A model generated the notes under the pieces. It was given only the letters and a program-made list of their open reading frames with translations. It searched no databases and was not told the origin of the DNA. Shown one piece after another: positions 47,418 through 54,311 of a stretch of 64,000 bases of DNA. Origin of the DNA: Alphaproteobacteria bacterium (GTDB lineage: Bacteria > Pseudomonadota > Alphaproteobacteria > Rs-D84); contig SUUO01000002.1 of assembly GCA_015062485.1 (NCBI GenBank), forward strand, positions 19,605 to 83,604, in the 5' to 3' direction. The stretch's first letter is position 1; each line of letters starts with the position of its first letter. The position numbers and the translations under genes were made by a program.

Positions 47418-47744
47418 ATGGCACTAGTACATGCAAACGATACAACAATTGATACATTTATCGGCAATGGTATAACGCTGGTCGATTTCTGGGCATCTTG
47501 GTGTGGTCCATGCCGTATGTTTGGCCCTATTTTTGAGGCTGTATCCGAAAAAATGCCAGACGTCACATTTATAAAATTTGAGATAGATGAGGCAAATCGT
47601 CGCACCCCGGCCAAATATGGCATTCGCAGTATTCCATCTGTTTTGGCATTTAAAAACGGCGAATTGGTCGAGGCACGCAGTGGCCTTATGGACGAAGACA
47701 CGGTTATTGATTGGATAAAGGAATTACAAAATGGCAACAGTTAA
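47418..47744 (+). CDS. trxA: Thioredoxin
   Basis: WASWCGPCRM active site. AAGGAG RBS before the ATG at 47418. Confidence 0.9.
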   Translation: MALVHANDTTIDTFIGNGITLVDFWASWCGPCRMFGPIFEAVSEKMPDVTFIKFEIDEANRRTPAKYGIRSIPSVLAFKNGELVEARSGLMDEDTVIDWIKELQNGNS

Positions 47745-48162
47745 TTACAAAACCATCGAATTGGATTCAAAGTACAAGCCAAAGTTATCCGAACCATATA
47801 TGTGTGTGGAACAGTTGGCATATTTCTATAACATCTTGAACACCCAGCGCGAAGAATTGCTTAGCGAACGAGACGAGGTTTTAAACGCCGTCCGTATGGC
47901 CGACAAGACCGAGGCCGTTGGTGCCGGCGACGAATCGGACAACGCATCGTACAACCAAGATATTACAATGGACCTGCGTATGTCTGAACGCAGCAATAAA
48001 TTATTACAAAAGGTTAACGCCGCCCTGGATCGCATTGAAAATGGCACATATGGTTTCAGTGTTGTATCCGGCGATGAAATTGGCCTTAAACGTATGATGG
48101 CGCGCCCATTGGCGACAATGACCGTTGAAGAGCAAGAAGAATACGAAGCACGCAAGAAATAA
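47731..48162 (+). CDS. dksA: DksA/TraR-family RNA polymerase-binding factor lacking the four zinc-finger Cys
   Basis: Coiled-coil with DxxDxA-like acidic tip (GAGDESDNASYNQD). The C-terminus GTYGFSVVSGDEIGLKRMMARPLATMTVEEQ aligns with YGYCESCGVEIG..RP.A..C..C, with all four Cys substituted. Confidence 0.7.
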   Translation: MATVNYKTIELDSKYKPKLSEPYMCVEQLAYFYNILNTQREELLSERDEVLNAVRMADKTEAVGAGDESDNASYNQDITMDLRMSERSNKLLQKVNAALDRIENGTYGFSVVSGDEIGLKRMMARPLATMTVEEQEEYEARKK

Positions 48163-48191
48163 AAAATCCCGGCAAATGCCGGGATTTTTTT
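48161..48191 (+). terminator. Intrinsic terminator of dksA (identical to 49341-49371)
   Basis: AAAAAATCCCGGC-AAAT-GCCGGGATTTTTTT. Confidence 0.8.
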
Positions 48192-48257
48192 ATAAGATAT
48201 GGAACAAGAGATATGTGATATCCCACTTCGCACAATGCTTCGTGGGACAAGTGAAAC

Positions 48258-48476
48258 ACTTAGATAAATAAAAGTTTAGCGTAGTTTGCCCGTTGGGCAA
48301 ACAAAGCGCAATGCGCAAAGAGCAATGAGCAATTAAAATAACCTCGTCATACCGGCGAAGGCCGGTATCCATTGCATTCCGCCCAGTTTCGAAATTAAGA
48401 AGAACACAGTGGACCCCGGCCTACGCCGGGGTGACGGCTTTAAGAGTTCCTTAGATAAACTTTTATTTATCTAAGT
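48258..48476. mobile_element. MITE-like element with perfect 21-bp terminal inverted repeats and four internal palindromic hairpins
   Basis: The left TIR ACTTAGATAAATAAAAGTTTA (48258-48278) is the reverse complement of 48456-48476. Internal hairpins are GTTTGCCC/GGGCAAAC, GCGC/GCGC, ATACCGGC/GCCGGTAT and CCCCGGC/GCCGGGG. No coding capacity. Confidence 0.6.
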
Positions 48477-48478
48477 AA

Positions 48479-48507
48479 TTGCACAAACATAAACTATCCG
48501 CTATAAT
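48479..48507 (+). promoter_or_regulatory. Sigma-70-like promoter driving leader copy 3
   Basis: TTGCAC-N17-TATAAT, beginning 3 nt after the MITE right end. Confidence 0.6.
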
Positions 48508-48513
48508 CGTTAC

Positions 48514-48741
48514 GTTATGACGATTTTGTCATAATGGGGTGTCATAGCCCGTGATTTCGGCACCATGTATTGATTACGTGGTGATAAATATTCTTTCTCC
48601 AATCATTGGGTTGGAGGGCTGTGAATAATACGTGTTTATCACGTAAAATAAGCACACTATACCGAATTATAGCTATGAACCTCCAACCGCTTGAATTTCT
48701 CGGCGGTTTTTTCATTCGTGAAAATCAAAGGAGGTCAAAGA
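48514..48741 (+). promoter_or_regulatory. Structured 5' leader, family copy 3
   Basis: P1 is GGUUGGAGG (48610-48618) paired with CCUCCAACC (48681-48689). P2 is UGUG..ACGUG/CACGU..CACA and P3 is CUAUA/UAUAG. The terminator AACCGC..GCGGUU-U6 shares 4 nt with P1. The alternative hairpin CUCCAAUC (48598-48605) pairs with GGUUGGAG. Confidence 0.6.
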
Positions 48742-49317
48742 ATGAAGAAACTTATTTATGTTATACCAATTGTATTGGGTGGATTGGTATCTGATGCATA
48801 TTCTCACAATCTGCGTCAGGCAGCTGTAACCATAGATGGAATATCGTACGAAGTGTGGATTAACCAAGAATCTGAAGATGCCGGAAGTTATCAAATTGAT
48901 GCGGGTACAAAAGAATGTTTTGACGGCGACATACTGATTGAGTATTCTGATGACTTTTCAATGGAAACAGCCCGAAGTATATGTATCCAAGGAATAGCCT
49001 GTTTCCCGGGAAACGCCGAATGTTTTGACGGTTCCACAACGGTTAAAATGTGCAGTGAATATACATTTAATTGTGTAACGGTTGAGATTGGTGCAATGGA
49101 ATCGGTTGATGGTTATAGTGATACTTTCACCTGTATTCAGGGGTATTATAAGGACAAGATGGAATGTCAACGCTGTCCGTCGTCAGGTGGGGTGTACGGA
49201 ACGACAAAATCCAGTGGTGCGACCAGTATTACAGAATGCTATATCCCATCAGGCACAGATTTTTCAGACTCTTCGGGAACGTGGGAATATGACCAGAATT
49301 GTTATTACAGCAAATAA
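48742..49317 (+). CDS. Secreted acidic cysteine-rich protein (191 aa), hypothetical
   Basis: AGGAGG RBS 7 nt upstream of the ATG at 48742. Signal-like N-terminus (MKKLIYVIPIVLGGLV) and 12 Cys. Contains C-x2-G-Y-Y-x5-C-x2-C-P-x2-G-x-Y... spacing and ends ...QNCYYSK. Confidence 0.6.
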   Translation: MKKLIYVIPIVLGGLVSDAYSHNLRQAAVTIDGISYEVWINQESEDAGSYQIDAGTKECFDGDILIEYSDDFSMETARSICIQGIACFPGNAECFDGSTTVKMCSEYTFNCVTVEIGAMESVDGYSDTFTCIQGYYKDKMECQRCPSSGGVYGTTKSSGATSITECYIPSGTDFSDSSGTWEYDQNCYYSK

Positions 49318-49340
49318 TAACTTAGCGTCTGTCCACTGAT

Positions 49341-49372
49341 AAAAAATCCCGGCAAATGCCGGGATTTTTTTT
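49341..49372. terminator. Bidirectional intrinsic terminator (identical to 48161-48191)
   Basis: AAAAAATCCCGGC-AAAT-GCCGGGATTTTTTTT between convergent genes. Confidence 0.8.
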
Positions 49373-50021
49373 AAAACAACTTGAACTTGTAATTCGTACC
49401 TGCGCGGAATGTTGTATCTGCACTGGAAATTCCGGCACCTGCATTCATCGACCAGTTGTCTGTTAAACCAATCGCAAAGCCAAACGCGGCCGCCGATTCG
49501 CCATTATGATATCCATAGCCACCACCCACAGATACCTCGCCACGGGCAACATCAGATACCGCAACCGAAGACAATGCCGCCACACTTGCAATACCGGCCG
49601 ACAAATCTTTTTCTATATCACTAACCGTGTTTTCTAGTCTCGAAATTGCCGCGCTGTTTAATGCGATTGCATCTGCATTTGCCGCAATTGCATCATTTGC
49701 CAATACCGCATTGGTATAGTATCCCTGCATAATAAAGGCTGTATCATTGATAATGCCATTTACCACACCGATATTATCCGTTTCGTTTTCATACGCAGAT
49801 GTTGTGTTTTCTGTTTTTGCCCACGCCACCAGGTCTGTCATTGGATCAGAACTGCCATTCAGCGCGACACGCAAATCACGCATTGCATCCCACGAATTAT
49901 CGATACGTTCAATTGCCGCACGTGCATCATCCAATGTGGTATTCATTTCTGTACCATATGTTGCAAATGCTGGTGCTGTCATAATTGCGCACAATGCGCC
50001 ACCCAGAAAGATTTTTTTCAT
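49371..50021 (-). CDS. Minimal trimeric-autotransporter-like protein (coiled stalk + YadA-like C-terminal anchor)
   Basis: Signal peptide (ALCAIMTAPAFA) and heptad-like stalk. The C-terminus GIASVAALSSVAV...GEVSVGGGYGYHNGESAAAFGFAIGLTDNWSMNAGAGISSADTTFRAGTNYKFKLF matches the four-strand YadA anchor pattern. Confidence 0.55.
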   Translation of the reverse strand: MKKIFLGGALCAIMTAPAFATYGTEMNTTLDDARAAIERIDNSWDAMRDLRVALNGSSDPMTDLVAWAKTENTTSAYENETDNIGVVNGIINDTAFIMQGYYTNAVLANDAIAANADAIALNSAAISRLENTVSDIEKDLSAGIASVAALSSVAVSDVARGEVSVGGGYGYHNGESAAAFGFAIGLTDNWSMNAGAGISSADTTFRAGTNYKFKLF

Positions 50022-50299
50022 TTTCTTTTCCCTTTGTATTTTTGTTAAACAAAAACCACCAAATAAATTGGTGGCCAGGGGGTTAAGAAAATCATAAGAA
50101 AGAATGACCCCTGTGGCCTTTACGCATACGCGCTGTTATATAGCCACAGGCCCCCCGACCGTAATCGGGAAAATCAGACAAAATAAAAAGCGCATCCGCG
50201 CCAGTTTTTTGTCCCAGGTCGGATTCCAATGCGAATATTGACGCATCGCTTTCTTAAAGGATTTCTTACGTCCCCGAAGCCAACATCCCTGTTGGATTC
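50022..50299 (-). promoter_or_regulatory. Structured 5' leader, family copy 2
   Basis: P1 is GGUCGGGGGG (50160-50151) paired with CCCCCUGGCC (50082-50073), including two G-U pairs. P2 is CCUGUGGC/GCCACAGG and P3 is UCAU/AUGA. The terminator is CCACCAA-UUUAU-UUGGUGG-U5. The alternative strand UUCCCGA lies at 50171-50165. The 5' end GAAUC matches copy 1. Confidence 0.55.
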
Positions 50300-50305
50300 A
50301 CATCA

Positions 50306-50334
50306 ATTATAAAATACACACAACAAAATATAAA
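50306..50334 (-). promoter_or_regulatory. Possible promoter driving leader copy 2
   Basis: The minus strand reads TTTATA-N17-TATAAT. The -35 element is weak. Confidence 0.4.
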
Positions 50335-50373
50335 GAAAAATATTTATTTATATATGCATTATATTGCACTTTG

Positions 50374-50402
50374 AAAAATCCCGCCGAATGGCGGGATTTT
50401 TT
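50374..50402 (-). terminator. Intrinsic terminator of tatA
   Basis: AAAAATCCCGCC-GAAT-GGCGGGATTTTTT. Confidence 0.7.
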
Positions 50403-50592
50403 ATTTCTTTTTCTTGGCTGGCGCTTTCTTGACGGCCTTTTTTGGTTCTTTTTTCTTGGTATCTTTCAGTTCTTTTTTAAATACATTGATACCATCCGCC
50501 AAATTGCGCATCATTCCCGGGATTTTGTTGCTCATAAACAAAATCATAACCAAGATTACAATTAAAATTATTTCGGTCCAACCTAATCTCAT
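50401..50592 (-). CDS. tatA: Twin-arginine translocase subunit TatA/E
   Basis: MRLGWTEIILIVILVMILFMSNKIPGMMRNLADGINVFKKE... has a TM helix followed by an amphipathic helix and a Lys-rich tail. Confidence 0.8.
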   Translation of the reverse strand: MRLGWTEIILIVILVMILFMSNKIPGMMRNLADGINVFKKELKDTKKKEPKKAVKKAPAKKKK

Positions 50593-50607
50593 ATCTGTCC
50601 CCTTTGA

Positions 50608-51369
50608 TTATTTTGCAACATAGCAATCCAAACCATCGGATTTTGCATTGCGACAGAATCCATTTGCCTCGGCTGCGGTCTTAAATCCAACACGCAAACG
50701 ATATGTTGTTGTACCATTTTTCAACTGTGCCGCCAGGATAACAAACTGTTGTCCCTGGAACAGGCTTGCGTGCGCGGCGCGCATCTGACGCTGTGCGTTT
50801 TCCGCCAATGCACGTGTGCTGTACGATCCCAACTGAACATACCAATCAAACACAGACTTTGTAACCGCGGGTTTTGCGGCCGGCTTTGGCTGAGGCTTAG
50901 CCGCCGGCTTTGCGGCGGGTTTAGCGGCGGGTTTCGGTGTCGCTTTGGCCGCTGGGTTAAATGTGACCTCTTTTCTGTCTTCAACAACACGCACCGGCGT
51001 ACCAACGGGCTGGGCGGGTTGCGGTTGTGCAACCGGCTGTGGTTTTGGTTGCGGTTGTGCGACGGGCTGCGCAACCGGCTGTGGCTGGGCCACTGGTTTT
51101 GGTGCCGGTGGCATAACATTCATATCCGGTGCCGGCGCACCATCAACAACAATTGCCGGCGCATCCAGATCAACCTCTATCGCGGACGAAGATGTCCCCC
51201 CAACCGTACGAATAATCACATAGGTCGCCAGAACAATGACAACCAACCCCACCGTCAACAACAGCCACGGCTTCTTTGGGCGCGGGGCCGCAAACGGCGT
51301 TGCATCCGGCAGTGTATCCATCGACGCACCGTCATCTAAATCCAATAAATCCAAGTTATCATCGTTCAT
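50608..51369 (-). CDS. SPOR-domain protein with Pro/Ala/Lys/Gln repeat linker
   Basis: A single TM and tandem PVAQPQP and KPAAKPAA repeats. The C-terminal SPOR pattern is WYVQLGSYSTRALAENAQRQM...YRLRVGFKTAAEANGFCRNAK. Confidence 0.75.
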   Translation of the reverse strand: MNDDNLDLLDLDDGASMDTLPDATPFAAPRPKKPWLLLTVGLVVIVLATYVIIRTVGGTSSSAIEVDLDAPAIVVDGAPAPDMNVMPPAPKPVAQPQPVAQPVAQPQPKPQPVAQPQPAQPVGTPVRVVEDRKEVTFNPAAKATPKPAAKPAAKPAAKPQPKPAAKPAVTKSVFDWYVQLGSYSTRALAENAQRQMRAAHASLFQGQQFVILAAQLKNGTTTYRLRVGFKTAAEANGFCRNAKSDGLDCYVAK

Positions 51370-51444
51370 TGTAAATTCCCCCATTTATGAAATTCTCTTG
51401 TCTTATTATATCATAAAAAAAACGAATAACCAAACGCATAGAAT

Positions 51445-51476
51445 AAAAAAAGAGACACGAAATTCGTGTCTCTTTT
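51445..51476 (-). terminator. Intrinsic terminator downstream of thrS and the small lipoprotein gene
   Basis: AGAGACACG-AAATT-CGTGTCTCT with a 7-T tract on the minus strand. Confidence 0.75.
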
Positions 51477-51482
51477 GTCCTT

Positions 51483-51623
51483 TTATTTTGGCATTTGCCC
51501 AAAGTTCGGTGGCACAATCAGTTTATGATTCTGCTCAACAATGGGTTCAACCTCGCACTGTTTGGCACAGGCCGACAATACACACGGCATAGTCAAAACC
51601 AACAACAGCATTATTTTTTTCAT
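51483..51623 (-). CDS. Small lipoprotein (46 aa), below the ORF-track length cutoff
   Basis: The minus strand encodes MKKIMLLLVLTMPCVLSACAKQCEVEPIVEQNHKLIVPPNFGQMPK. It has a lipobox (LSAC) and a strong GGGGGA RBS, and is followed by a terminator. Confidence 0.55.
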   Translation of the reverse strand: MKKIMLLLVLTMPCVLSACAKQCEVEPIVEQNHKLIVPPNFGQMPK

Positions 51624-51638
51624 ATCATCCCCCTGCTT

Positions 51639-53372
51639 TTACAATGGTAATTTCACTGCATCTTTCATCATTTCGACAAATTTATCCAGTGGCATTGATT
51701 CCTGCTTTTCAACACCCAAACGGCGCAATGTCACCATTTTGTCGGCGGCTTCTTTTTCACCAACAACGGCGATGATTGGCGTTTTAGCAAGCGACAGTTC
51801 ACGGATTTTATAGTTAACCTTTTCATCACGCAAATCTGCACGCACATTCACGCCCGCCGCACGCAGTGCATTAACAACCTCGTTTGCATATTCTGCGTGT
51901 TTTTCAGAAATCGGGGTTACCACAACCGGTTCTGGCGACAACCACAGTGGCAAATTACCACCCGTTGATTCCAGCAAGATTCCCATAAAGCGTTCGATTG
52001 AACCCAACATTGCACGGTGCAACATAATTGGACGATGCTTTTCACCATCTTCGCCAACATAACTTAAATCGAATCGTTCCGGCAGGTTCATATCCAACTG
52101 CACTGTACCACACTGCCATACACGTCCCATCGAATCGCGCAGATAGTTATCAATTTTCGGACCATAGAACGCGGCGTCCCCTTCGGCGATTTCAAATTCA
52201 ATGCCGTTTGATTCCAGCGCGTGCTTTAATGCACCCTCGGCCTTGTCCCAGATTTCATCCGACCCGATACGGAATTCAGATTCCTTGCGCGTGGCCAATT
52301 TCATTGTGATTTTATCAAATCCGAATTTGCCATAAATATCCTTGATAAAGCGCAGGATTTTTACAACCTCTTCTTCCAGTTGTTCTTCGGTACAGAAGAT
52401 ATGCGCATCGTCCTGGGTAAATTCACGAACGCGCATCAACCCCGACAGGCCACCCGCCGCCTCATAACGATGAACCTTGCCAAATTCGGCCATATATAAT
52501 GGCAAGTCCTTGTATGAACGCAGCCCGTGTCCAAACACCAACATCCCACCCGGACAAGACATTGGTTTAATACAGAACACTTTGCCATCTTGGGTTTTAC
52601 CAGAATAATTGTGTTCACCATATTTTGCCCAGTGGCCCGATCGCTCCCACAGACATCTGTCCATAACCGCCGGTGTTGAAATTTCCTGGTATCCGGCCAA
52701 TTCTTGGCGTTGGCGTACATATTCAATCAAACGACGATAAATCTTGTACCCCTTGTCGTGCCAGAACACCGACCCCGGTGCATATTCTGGTTCAAAGTGG
52801 AACAAATCCATATCCTTGCCCAGTTTGCGATTATCGCGCGCGGCGGCCTCTTCCTGCATCTTCAGGAAATTATCCAATTCCTCTTTGGTTGCAAACGCAT
52901 CAACATAGATACGCTGTAACATTTTATTTTTTGCATCCCCCTTCCAGTATGCGCCGGCAACACTGCGGATTTTGAACGCGTCACGTGGCAGATCCTTGGA
53001 ACTTTCCACGTGTGGCCCGCGGCACAGGTCAACAAAATCACGGAAAGTATAAATCGATAACGCCTCGCCCGCCGCATCATATTCGTTTAACCATTCCATT
53101 TTATATGGTTGGTCGGCGAAAATTTCTTTGGCTTCGTCAATCGACACATTACGCTGTTCAAAACGACCATTTGATTTAATCAAATCACGCATTTCACGTT
53201 CGATTTTTGCAAAGTCTTCCTCTGAAAAACGGTATTCTGTATCAAAATCATAATAGAACCCATTTTCAATTGCCGGTCCACCCGCGAATTTAACATCTGG
53301 GTGTAACTTTTTTACCGCCGCCGCCATAACGTGCGCCAACGAGTGACGAATAATTTCAATATCATATGACAT
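51639..53372 (-). CDS. thrS: Threonine--tRNA ligase (lacks the N-terminal TGS domain)
   Basis: Begins at the editing-domain motif (IRHSLAHVMAAAV). Class II motifs (FRDFVDLCRGPH, HRYEAAGGLSGLMRVREFTQDDAHIF, GFYGPKID) and a C-terminal anticodon-binding domain. Confidence 0.95.
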   Translation of the reverse strand: MSYDIEIIRHSLAHVMAAAVKKLHPDVKFAGGPAIENGFYYDFDTEYRFSEEDFAKIEREMRDLIKSNGRFEQRNVSIDEAKEIFADQPYKMEWLNEYDAAGEALSIYTFRDFVDLCRGPHVESSKDLPRDAFKIRSVAGAYWKGDAKNKMLQRIYVDAFATKEELDNFLKMQEEAAARDNRKLGKDMDLFHFEPEYAPGSVFWHDKGYKIYRRLIEYVRQRQELAGYQEISTPAVMDRCLWERSGHWAKYGEHNYSGKTQDGKVFCIKPMSCPGGMLVFGHGLRSYKDLPLYMAEFGKVHRYEAAGGLSGLMRVREFTQDDAHIFCTEEQLEEEVVKILRFIKDIYGKFGFDKITMKLATRKESEFRIGSDEIWDKAEGALKHALESNGIEFEIAEGDAAFYGPKIDNYLRDSMGRVWQCGTVQLDMNLPERFDLSYVGEDGEKHRPIMLHRAMLGSIERFMGILLESTGGNLPLWLSPEPVVVTPISEKHAEYANEVVNALRAAGVNVRADLRDEKVNYKIRELSLAKTPIIAVVGEKEAADKMVTLRRLGVEKQESMPLDKFVEMMKDAVKLPL

Positions 53373-53415
53373 AATAACTGTCCCTTAGTGTTTTTTATTA
53401 TTTTTTGACTGATTA

Positions 53416-53444
53416 ATTATAAGAATTTGTGCCAAGCACCGCAA
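53416..53444 (-). promoter_or_regulatory. Sigma-70-like promoter of thrS
   Basis: The minus strand reads TTGCGG-N17-TATAAT. Confidence 0.45.
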
Positions 53445-53548
53445 TAGAATTTACACCCCCAACGGGGTTGTAGTAGTTGTTGTAAAGAAAGACTTAAACA
53501 AATTCATACCTAAAATTCTATGCCTTTGATTTTCAAAAGTCAACTAAT

Positions 53549-53571
53549 AAAAAACCGGCAAACGCCGGTTT
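53549..53571 (-). terminator. Intrinsic terminator of the gltX-hlyIII operon
   Basis: AAACCGGC-GTTT-GCCGGTTTTTT on the minus strand. Confidence 0.7.
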
Positions 53572-53573
53572 AC

Positions 53574-54311
53574 TTATAAATCCAAAATGCACCCAAACAA
53601 AACGGCAAAGAAGAAGCACACACTGCCCCCGATTACAAACAGATGCCAAACGGCATGCGAAAACTTCATCCGGCGCCATAAATAGAATATCACACCAATT
53701 GTGTATGCCAATCCCCCCGCCAAAATAAACCACAGACCGCGCACGGGAATACTACGAATCATTGCCGGCAAAATAAACAACAACGTCCACCCCATCGCAA
53801 CATACAGCCCCACCATCCACTTTGGTTGCTGCTTTGGATTACGGATTTTCATGTACGACCCGAACAGCACAATCCCCCACAGGATTCCAAACACAATCCA
53901 TCCAATCAATCCCCGCAAATTTACCAACAAAAACGGCGTATACGTCCCCGCAATCAGGGCATATATTGCAACACTGTCCCAGACCTCAAAAAAGCATTCG
54001 TGTTTTTTACCAATTGTTGCGTGGCACATTGTTGACCCGAAATACAGTGTTATCATAGTCACACCAAAAATCGCGCACGACACAATCGCCCATGCGTCAC
54101 CCTTGATGCCCGCAAACACCACCAACAATGTCAATGCCGCAATGGCCAATCCGATACCAATACCGTGGGTTAAAATATTTACAATTTCTTCGGCGTGTGT
54201 GCTTGGCTTTTCCCAACGGAACAACCCCGTTGCACGCAAAACCTTTAACAATCTTGATGCGTGTTCATCTTTTTTTACCGCGCGAACACGCGCCCTTTTT
54301 TCCTTTGTCAT
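53574..54311 (-). CDS. Hemolysin III / PAQR-family membrane protein
   Basis: Seven TM helices with family motifs (EEIVNILTHGIG, HATIG, FSHAVWHLFV). Confidence 0.8.
   Translation of the reverse strand: MTKEKRARVRAVKKDEHASRLLKVLRATGLFRWEKPSTHAEEIVNILTHGIGIGLAIAALTLLVVFAGIKGDAWAIVSCAIFGVTMITLYFGSTMCHATIGKKHECFFEVWDSVAIYALIAGTYTPFLLVNLRGLIGWIVFGILWGIVLFGSYMKIRNPKQQPKWMVGLYVAMGWTLLFILPAMIRSIPVRGLWFILAGGLAYTIGVIFYLWRRMKFSHAVWHLFVIGGSVCFFFAVLFGCILDL

Noticed and set aside
48190-48372. 60-aa minus-strand ORF (MDTGLRRYDEV...).
   Set aside because: It lies entirely within the MITE-like element and is the translation of its palindromic hairpins. It has no RBS. Such ORFs are typical artefacts of REP-like repeats.
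50721-51339. Long antisense and alternative-frame ORFs (132, 196 and 92 aa) overlapping the SPOR-protein gene.
   Set aside because: They are by-products of the GC-rich tandem repeats encoding PVAQPQP and KPAAKPAA. They lack RBSs and recognisable motifs, whereas the minus-strand frame has a TM segment and a SPOR domain.
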